From positions 1-39,893 of the IMG/VR virus record IMGVR_UViG_3300032024_000094: 39,893 nucleotides of DNA, one strand, 5' to 3'. The notes beneath the pieces were generated by a model. It saw only the letters and a list, made by a program, of their open reading frames with translations. It made no database searches and was not told the DNA's origin. This stretch comes from a virus. Taxonomy: Duplodnaviria; Caudoviricetes. Shown one piece after another: positions 33,785-39,893 of the stretch (its first letter is position 1; every line of letters starts with the position of its first letter). Made by a program: the position numbers and the translations under genes.

Positions 33785-35412
33785 TAGAAGTCCGCCTTCT
33801 CGACCCCGTTGGGCGCGTCGCTGGGTAGATCCTTGCACTGGGTCAATCGCCCGGTGTCGACGTTGAAGTACAGGGCTCCTGCGAGCCCCGTCTCCCCGGT
33901 GAACCGATTCTTCAACACGCGCACCTTGGTGATGTGCCTGCTGGTCGTCGCCTGCTGATCGCGTTCGAGGCCAATCACCATGTCAGACAGCTGCCCGATG
34001 GCCGCGCTCCCGCGTAGCTGCGAAAGCGAAGTCTCGGCCCCGTCTTCGTGGCCCTTCCCGTCCGGTCGCTTGAGATGCGAGACCAGCAACAGCCCGATCC
34101 CCGTCTGCTCTACGAGCGAGCGAAGACGGGTCATCAGAACGTCGATGTCCTTGCGCTCGTTGCTGCTCTCCGTACCAGAGATCGCAATGCTGATATGATC
34201 AAGCACCACCCATCCCACCGAGCATTGCTTAGCCATCGAGCGTATCCGCGCAAGCAGAGTGGCCGACTCCAGTGATCCCCAATGGTCGTATAGAAAGCAA
34301 CGCCCTGATCCGACTGTCTGATCGAAAGCCGCACGTCGCTCCTCCTCTGTGACCGCGTCTGGGTAGATATGCAACCGCCGGCTCGCGGCGATCGACATGA
34401 GTGACAGCGCGGTGTGTTTGACCGACTCCTCAAGGGCAACGATCCCGACACGCTGCCCGTTCCGCAGTAGGTTGTATGCGATCTCCCGGGCGACCTGCGA
34501 CTTGCCGATGCCAGTCCCCGCCGTCAGGGTGACGATCTCTCCTCTGCGCATGCCGAGGGTCAGTGCGTTCACTGCCTCCCACGGATAGTCCACCGACTCC
34601 CGCGTCTCCTCGGAAGTGATCAGCTCCCACAGTTCACTGCCGTCCAGAATTCCATCCGGCCGGTACGGCGTGGCCCGCCAGATGGCGTTGATCACCTCAT
34701 CGCCCCGCCCCGCGACGAGCATCTCGTTCGCGTCCTTCAGCGGGAGCTTCGCGATCTTGGCCTTGCCTGGAGTAAGAAGCTCGGCGACTTCCTTGGCTGC
34801 CGCCTGGCCGGGCTCGTCCATGTCGAACATCAGGACGACGGTCTCGAAGCCCTCGACGAATTCGAGGTTGCGCTGCACGGCCTTCGCCGCGCCGGCTGCC
34901 CCGTCCGGCACCGAGACGACCGGCCACCGGTTCTTCTGGAGCTGCGACACGGTGAGCGCGTCGATCTCACCCTCGGTGATCACGATCATCTTGCCCACGC
35001 CCCAAAGCCACTGGCCGTACAGCTGCGGTGCGGCCTTGCGGTCCCCGATCCAGCTGAACTTCTTGCCAGGAGCCCGGAGCTTCTGGGCCACCTCCCCGCC
35101 ATTGGGGCCGGGATAGGAACAGACGTGAACGCCGCGCTCTTCATTGACGCCGTAGCCGAACATCCTACAGGTTGCCTCGGTGAGCCCACGCGTGGGGAGG
35201 TCTCGGTACTGCTTCTCCAACAAGCCGGCGATGCGCTTGGCCGGCGCCGCTGCCGTTGTTGCTTGTCCCTCCTGTGTCCCGGGCTCGTGACGTTGACAAC
35301 CGAAGCAATAGCCGTGCCCGTCGCTGTAGCGTGCCAGGTTGTCCCGGCTGCCGCAGCTGGGGCACGGCTCATGCCCCACACAGACCGAGCCGTCCGCGGC
35401 GGCGTGTGTCAT
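33784..35412 (-). CDS. DNA primase/helicase (T7 gp4-like)
   Basis: Zn finger CPSC..CFGC, TOPRIM EGEID and FDMD, Walker A AGTGIGKS, LDHISI, LRGS..IGQLSD, KNRFTG. Confidence 0.97.
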   Translation of the reverse strand: MTHAAADGSVCVGHEPCPSCGSRDNLARYSDGHGYCFGCQRHEPGTQEGQATTAAAPAKRIAGLLEKQYRDLPTRGLTEATCRMFGYGVNEERGVHVCSYPGPNGGEVAQKLRAPGKKFSWIGDRKAAPQLYGQWLWGVGKMIVITEGEIDALTVSQLQKNRWPVVSVPDGAAGAAKAVQRNLEFVEGFETVVLMFDMDEPGQAAAKEVAELLTPGKAKIAKLPLKDANEMLVAGRGDEVINAIWRATPYRPDGILDGSELWELITSEETRESVDYPWEAVNALTLGMRRGEIVTLTAGTGIGKSQVAREIAYNLLRNGQRVGIVALEESVKHTALSLMSIAASRRLHIYPDAVTEEERRAAFDQTVGSGRCFLYDHWGSLESATLLARIRSMAKQCSVGWVVLDHISIAISGTESSNERKDIDVLMTRLRSLVEQTGIGLLLVSHLKRPDGKGHEDGAETSLSQLRGSAAIGQLSDMVIGLERDQQATTSRHITKVRVLKNRFTGETGLAGALYFNVDTGRLTQCKDLPSDAPNGVEKADF

Positions 35413-35622
35413 CTAGGCCAGGTAGTACCGCGCGTACCGCTGGCCGCTGTCTGCTCGGCGGATCTCCGTCTCGATCGAGAAGTCGTTCTGATCCCGCAGC
35501 TCCGCGATTCTCGCGGCAAGGCGCATGCAGCCGAACTCGGCCTGCGCCAGGAGCGGGGTGATCGCGCCGTGTCGAAGCAGGTAGGCTCCGATCTTGTAGG
35601 TCTGGGACTCGTACAGCTTCAT
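35413..35622 (-). CDS. Small winged helix-turn-helix DNA-binding protein
   Basis: Start MKLYESQ (ATGA overlap); 'ITPL.A...FGC.RLAARI.ELR' signature. Confidence 0.8.
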   Translation of the reverse strand: MKLYESQTYKIGAYLLRHGAITPLLAQAEFGCMRLAARIAELRDQNDFSIETEIRRADSGQRYARYYLA

Positions 35623-36071
35623 TTCTGCTCTCCTCCCTGCTGGTTGTCGTTGCCGGTTGCGAACCACTTCCGCACGTCAAACGAAGGGCAGTCCTTCGCT
35701 ACGTGCGGGAGGTCTCGATGCCCCCGGATCTTGATGCCGGGGTACTCATTCTCCCACTCGATGAGCAGCCGCCTCAGTGCTGTGTACTGCTCTCGGGTGA
35801 AGTTGTCCTCGGCCTTACCATGACGATCTGTTCCACCAACGAGGCAAACTGCGATAGAGCAATAATTCCATCCAACAGCATGAGCCCCGATCTCGTCAGG
35901 GCGACGACCTGCTTCCACCGAACCATCTCGTCGAATGACCCAGTGGTATCCGATTCCCCACCACCCTCGCTGTCGGTGCCAGACATCGATCTCCTTGCGG
36001 CCGATGTTCATCGTCGGCGGCGTTGCGCTGCAGTGGACGATGCCGTGCGTTGTAATCTTACGCAGACCCAC
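35619..36071 (-). CDS. N-acetylmuramoyl-L-alanine amidase (T7 lysozyme gp3.5-like)
   Basis: GTG start at 36071 with GGAGG RBS; VHCSAT, IGYH, GAH..G.N, GHRD and K.CPSF Zn-ligand motifs. Confidence 0.95.
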   Translation of the reverse strand: MGLRKITTHGIVHCSATPPTMNIGRKEIDVWHRQRGWWGIGYHWVIRRDGSVEAGRRPDEIGAHAVGWNYCSIAVCLVGGTDRHGKAEDNFTREQYTALRRLLIEWENEYPGIKIRGHRDLPHVAKDCPSFDVRKWFATGNDNQQGGEQK

Positions 36072-36333
36072 GCGGGAGTCCTCCGCAGAGAAGCACCGGC
36101 TCACGGTAGTGTCGGATGACGTACGGCACCGAGTCAGGATCTCCCGGGCCGCGGTTCCGCGCATGCCGCCGAGTCTGCATCAAGACCTCGACGGTCGGCG
36201 CTGCGTAGTACGTCGGCTCGTCCCCCGGCTCCTCCGTGACTGCGAACAGCCGTAGCTCGGCCAGCGCGCCGCACACCACGACATTCGGACTCCAGCTTCT
36301 ACTCACGTTGTCGATGCCTCCTTCCCCCTGCAC
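36058..36333 (-). CDS. Hypothetical protein
   Basis: Fills the gap between endonuclease and amidase; the true start may be the GTG at about 36306. Confidence 0.5.
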   Translation of the reverse strand: MQGEGGIDNVSRSWSPNVVVCGALAELRLFAVTEEPGDEPTYYAAPTVEVLMQTRRHARNRGPGDPDSVPYVIRHYREPVLLCGGLPRGSA

Positions 36334-36767
36334 TCATACATCCACCCAGGCGGCACCTTGCGGTGGGCCCACGGGTAGCCGAGCTGCTCTGCATATTGTG
36401 CGTACGTCGTCTGACTCGTCTTGCTGATGCGCGCATGCGCGTTCGAGAACACGATCCTGATGTCGAGCGCCGGGTACTGCTGCTTGATCAGCTTCATCTT
36501 CTTCCGATCCTCGGCAATCCAGCGCCCCTTGGTCTCGATGATCATCGGGTCACCGTCGTGCTTGATCAGTACGAAGTCCGGCGTGTACCGCCGCCGAAGC
36601 GCCGGCTGGGCGAACTCCAACGTGGTCTCTTCGTAGGTGTACGGCTTCTGCATCGCGTCGAAGAAAGCCGCGGTAGCCTCCTCCAATCCGCTGCGGTAGC
36701 CGTGCTGAATCCCGTGGGCGCGCCGGTCTCGTTCGCTGCTAGAAGTCGGTAGCGTCGGCACCAGCAC
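36303..36767 (-). CDS. Endonuclease I / Holliday junction resolvase (T7 gp3-like)
   Basis: YRSGLEE, YTPDF, IETKGRW..EDRKK, LDIRIVF and TTYA motifs; GTG start estimated from the GGAGGAGG RBS. Confidence 0.95.
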   Translation of the reverse strand: MLVPTLPTSSSERDRRAHGIQHGYRSGLEEATAAFFDAMQKPYTYEETTLEFAQPALRRRYTPDFVLIKHDGDPMIIETKGRWIAEDRKKMKLIKQQYPALDIRIVFSNAHARISKTSQTTYAQYAEQLGYPWAHRKVPPGWMYECRGKEASTT

Positions 36768-37311
36768 CAGCAGCACCCTCCTCCTGCGGGGCGCTCTCGA
36801 AGCCGCCCTCCTCCTCCTCGAATCCACCGAACGTCTCGCCGGTTACCAACTCCAGCACCTGCACGGCCTCGAAGTTGAGGCGCACCCCCGCGGAGCCCGT
36901 GTGGAACCAGCCGTTGATCGCGAACGCCACGCGGCACACCGAGCCGGACCAGACCGCCTCTGTCACCGGCTTGTTCTTCGAGTCGACGACGCGCGGCGGG
37001 CTCATGCGCTTGATTGATCCGTCCTTCTCTTTGAAGGCTGCCGTGCGCTTGAACGAGAACACGATGTCGCCGCTCTCTTCGTCCGCCGCGTACGGCTTCG
37101 GCGCCTTCTTCGCGACGCGCTTCTCACCCTTCTCCTTGAGTGCCGCGAGGTACTCGACGCACTTCGCATCAATCGCGTCGACGAGCGGCTGTGCGTCCGC
37201 GGCCGGCACGCGCAGCTTGATCTGCCACTCGCCCAGATCCTTGAACTTGGTGTCCGGCTTGGTGAGCTTGGGGTAAACGGCCGTACCCTTCGGCGTTGTC
37301 AGGAATCCCAT
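36739..37311 (-). CDS. ssb: ssDNA-binding protein (T7 gp2.5-like)
   Basis: TTPKG.A.YP.L.KPD, GV.L...AVQV.EL, acidic tail ending in Phe. Confidence 0.93.
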   Translation of the reverse strand: MGFLTTPKGTAVYPKLTKPDTKFKDLGEWQIKLRVPAADAQPLVDAIDAKCVEYLAALKEKGEKRVAKKAPKPYAADEESGDIVFSFKRTAAFKEKDGSIKRMSPPRVVDSKNKPVTEAVWSGSVCRVAFAINGWFHTGSAGVRLNFEAVQVLELVTGETFGGFEEEEGGFESAPQEEGAAGAGADATDF

Positions 37312-37314
37312 TAG

Positions 37315-37473
37315 TCAGTTCACTCCCATTTCTTGGAGACAGCGCGCCTCCAGTTTTCCGGCATCGAAGCCCGCGGCGAGGATCTCTGCGATGAGATCCA
37401 CCGGCAGCGGGCAGGCGTTCACTTCGACCCAGCGCCGGGCCCGGGCCGCGAATTCGGCGTAGCGGCTTACCAT
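37315..37473 (-). CDS. Small hypothetical protein (52 aa)
   Basis: Manual translation MVSRYAEFAARARRWVEVNACPLPVDLIAEILAAGFDAGKLEARCLQEMGVN; tiles between its neighbours. Confidence 0.55.
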   Translation of the reverse strand: MVSRYAEFAARARRWVEVNACPLPVDLIAEILAAGFDAGKLEARCLQEMGVN

Positions 37474-37574
37474 GCCATGGCATCATCGAAGGGGCGGAAG
37501 TCCCCCTCGTGAATCCAGCAGAGCAGGCCGACCACCACGACGATCAGCACGACGACCACCGACAGAAAGATCAT
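37467..37574 (-). CDS. Small membrane protein (35 aa)
   Basis: Manual translation MIFLSVVVVLIVVVVGLLCWIHEGDFRPFDDAMAW; ATGA overlap and GGAGG RBS. Confidence 0.55.
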   Translation of the reverse strand: MIFLSVVVVLIVVVVGLLCWIHEGDFRPFDDAMAW

Positions 37575-37846
37575 GCTCGAACCTCCCTCTCCATGAACAG
37601 CTTCACCGCCGAGAAGGCATTCTCCTGGCGGTATGTCGCCGCCCGCATCACGTTGCCGGCGATCTCCAGCGCCCGGCGCGGGTCGACGCCAAGCGACTCA
37701 CACAGAATCAGAAACGCGGCAGCCATCCCAACCGCCCGGTCCCCCTTGGGGTACTGCTGGACGCGGTCGATCACGGCCATGGCGACAGTCGCCGTCTCCC
37801 GCGGGGTGGCGTCGTCCGCCAGTCTCCGCTCCAAGCTGCTTGCCAT
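37571..37846 (-). CDS. Hypothetical protein downstream of RNAP
   Basis: 91 aa, helical; AAAGGA RBS; first gene after the candidate phage promoter. Confidence 0.75.
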   Translation of the reverse strand: MASSLERRLADDATPRETATVAMAVIDRVQQYPKGDRAVGMAAAFLILCESLGVDPRRALEIAGNVMRAATYRQENAFSAVKLFMEREVRA

Positions 37847-37874
37847 GCGATGATCCTTTCCAAGTGGCGAGTGT

Positions 37875-37896
37875 TCCTCAAAGCAGTAACCTTGGT
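37875..37896 (-). promoter_or_regulatory. Candidate phage RNA polymerase promoter (middle)
   Basis: ACCAAGGTTACTGCTTTGAGGA in the gap just after the RNAP gene; repeated at 26881-26903. Confidence 0.7.
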
Positions 37897-37921
37897 GATG
37901 CCCCCGGGGAAGTGCTTTCCA

Positions 37922-39892
37922 CTAGGCAAACACGTAGGGGGACCGCTCGATGTCGTCTAGGCAGAGACCCCCGCGGATGGGAAGCTCTGGGAGTTTCGCA
38001 GCCAACTCCGGCGGTAGCGCGGCGCGGACCTGAGCAGCCCAGTTCTCCAAGATCGGCATTCGGTACATCTCGGCGAACGTCTCACGGAGCGCCTTGCCCA
38101 GCACCGCCATCTCGGAAGCGTGGGATGCGAACGAGTCGTGAACCACCGAGAGCGACGTGATCCCCAGGTCATGGGCGCGGTTGACCGCGAGTGTCAGGTG
38201 CGCCGCGTCAAGCGAGTGGACGAAGTTGGCCGCCACCGCCGCCCGCATCTTTGCCCGGTCCATGTCGATCTCGGCCTGACTTACCGTTGCCATGAAAAGC
38301 GTGCCGTGCAGTCGGGTCTTTACGCGGTGCTGCGTCGTTCGCCGGTAGTCCTGACACACCGGGAACCCAGACGGCGCAATCCACTGCAACGGTAGGTTCT
38401 GCTGCGACACCACATCCGCCACACCCTGCAGGTACTGCATGGCCGAGTGCGCAGCCGCGACCGTGTCCCCAATCGCACGCCAGAGCAGCGGGGCAAGCCA
38501 TCGAACGGCTGCGTGTCCGTGCAGGTCGGCCTCCCCAAACGGCAGGCGCTTCCCCAGCAGTGCGTCGCGACGAACGCGCAGCTCGGCCGCGATCTGCGAC
38601 CGCACCCCCTGCGCGGTGACGCCGTACGACAGCGTCATGCAGGGCTGCTTCACGAGCTTGCGGTCCACCAGACCGCTCTCGTGCCAGAGCTTTGCCATCG
38701 AATCGCCGACAGCGCACGCCTCCAAAATTATGTCGGCCAACCTACAGGCCACCGCGGCATACAGATCCTGCGGCGCGTCGCTGGGAGTGAGGTTCACCGC
38801 TGCCGCCCCCACCTCGTCGCGGAGCAGCGCGCTGAAGTGCTGGAGACCGGAGCACGAGCCGTCAACGTGGACGGGGAGGTGCGAGACGTAGCCCTCGCCC
38901 GACGGATGAAACACGCTGGTAGACACGCGGTCGGTGCCGATGTCGTAGCTGGTGGTGACGCTCTTGTTCTCTTCCCGGTACGCCTCCATCTTCCCCCAGT
39001 CGAGCACTGCAGCCAGGAATTTCCACGGCGAGCCCGCGTCACACCAGCGCATATCCGACAGTGGATCTGCATTGATCGAGTGCAACATCTCCGCGTTCTC
39101 TCTGGTCCATCGCTCCCGGTCAGCGAAGGACTGCTTGTCCACCCCATTGCCCCAGCACATCGCCACGTACCGCGTAAGCCAGCGCACGCCGTCGGCACCG
39201 AGCCGCCTGCCCTCGTGGAATTCCAGCAGCGCCTTGCTCACGTCGTCACCTTGGGGGTGGAGATTCCCCGGCACCGAGTACATGCGCCCCCGGAAGTCGA
39301 GCTGCACCGGGAAGTAGAGGCGCTCTCCCTTGAGCTGCTCGGCGGTGCGCATGCGCAGCGCGAGCGAGAGTCGCTTCGATGCCGTCCGGCGCTCTTCCTG
39401 ATACGCGATTGACGCAGCGCGTCGCCACGCCTTGTCCTCGTCGCTCCCCCGCGCGCACCCCTCCGGGTACGGCAGCACCGGCACCGGGTCCGCCATGGGG
39501 ACGCCAGGCACGCCGAGGTTGGTGCCGCGCAGGAGCTGGATGGTCTCGTAGATTTCCTCGTTGATCCGCCAGGGCGTGGATTGCACAGCGTTCATCGCCT
39601 TGAACGGCTCGACCATGCCGACTAGGTTGTTCTCGATCTCCTCCAGCTGCTCCGCACTACGCGTCTTGATCGCCGGGAGCCGCAGGTTGTTGTACCCCCC
39701 TTGGAAGACCGAGGTCCACGGCGCCGGCACCTCCGGCAGCGGCAGGTACTGCGGCAGCAGCAGCGGCCCCTTCGCATCGGCGTGCTCCATCAAATACAGC
39801 CCCCGCGCAGTCGGCGTGACGATGCGCTGCACCCGCCGGCCTCGCGGCATGGGGCGCGTCGCGATGCAGACCACGTCAGTCGCCTCGCAGAA
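37922..39892 (-). CDS. Single-subunit DNA-directed RNA polymerase (T7 gp1-like), 5'-truncated by the window end
   Basis: DFRGRMY, PQGDD, DGSCSGLQH (motif A), RKLVKQPCMTLSYG (motif B), NFVHSLDAAHL and HDSF (motif C), C-terminal YVFA; frame open to the window edge. Confidence 0.98.
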   Translation of the reverse strand, partial: FCEATDVVCIATRPMPRGRRVQRIVTPTARGLYLMEHADAKGPLLLPQYLPLPEVPAPWTSVFQGGYNNLRLPAIKTRSAEQLEEIENNLVGMVEPFKAMNAVQSTPWRINEEIYETIQLLRGTNLGVPGVPMADPVPVLPYPEGCARGSDEDKAWRRAASIAYQEERRTASKRLSLALRMRTAEQLKGERLYFPVQLDFRGRMYSVPGNLHPQGDDVSKALLEFHEGRRLGADGVRWLTRYVAMCWGNGVDKQSFADRERWTRENAEMLHSINADPLSDMRWCDAGSPWKFLAAVLDWGKMEAYREENKSVTTSYDIGTDRVSTSVFHPSGEGYVSHLPVHVDGSCSGLQHFSALLRDEVGAAAVNLTPSDAPQDLYAAVACRLADIILEACAVGDSMAKLWHESGLVDRKLVKQPCMTLSYGVTAQGVRSQIAAELRVRRDALLGKRLPFGEADLHGHAAVRWLAPLLWRAIGDTVAAAHSAMQYLQGVADVVSQQNLPLQWIAPSGFPVCQDYRRTTQHRVKTRLHGTLFMATVSQAEIDMDRAKMRAAVAANFVHSLDAAHLTLAVNRAHDLGITSLSVVHDSFASHASEMAVLGKALRETFAEMYRMPILENWAAQVRAALPPELAAKLPELPIRGGLCLDDIERSPYVFA

Positions 39893-39893
39893 C

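Noticed and set aside
1-39893. Integrase, repressor, att site, DNA ligase, tRNA genes or host flanks (prophage hypothesis)
   Set aside because: None recognised. The segment upstream of RNAP is outside the window, so a temperate lifestyle cannot be excluded.

Overview
This window is nearly the whole genome of a high-GC, T7-like podovirus (Autographiviridae), with every credible gene on the minus strand. In transcription order from the right-hand end it contains: a 5'-truncated single-subunit RNA polymerase; ssDNA-binding protein, endonuclease I, amidase, primase/helicase, DNA polymerase A, an HNH-like endonuclease, a 5'-3' exonuclease and a DUF3310 protein; an accessory cluster (collagen-like fibre, exported SGNH hydrolase, glycosyltransferase-like protein, HEXXH peptidase); the head-tail module (gp6.7/7.3-like, portal, scaffold, capsid, tail tubes A/B, internal virion proteins gp13-16); lysis-type membrane genes; and the terminase. 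A probable genome-end non-coding region follows at about 3.4-3.9 kb. After it comes an early region with three sigma70 promoters, RadC, a Cys-rich putative Fe-S protein and a truncated pentapeptide-repeat protein. The most unusual feature is that no T7 gp17-type tail fibre follows gp16. Instead, four tightly coupled genes after the terminase (3886-8735) encode fibre-, tailspike- and glycosidase-like proteins that all start with Sec-type signal peptides and mostly carry even numbers of cysteines. This suggests a receptor-binding or host-surface system that is exported and folded in the periplasm. A candidate phage-RNAP promoter (ACCAAGGTTACTGCT[A]TTGAGGA) occurs twice. All calls rest on motif recognition and synteny; no database searches were run.
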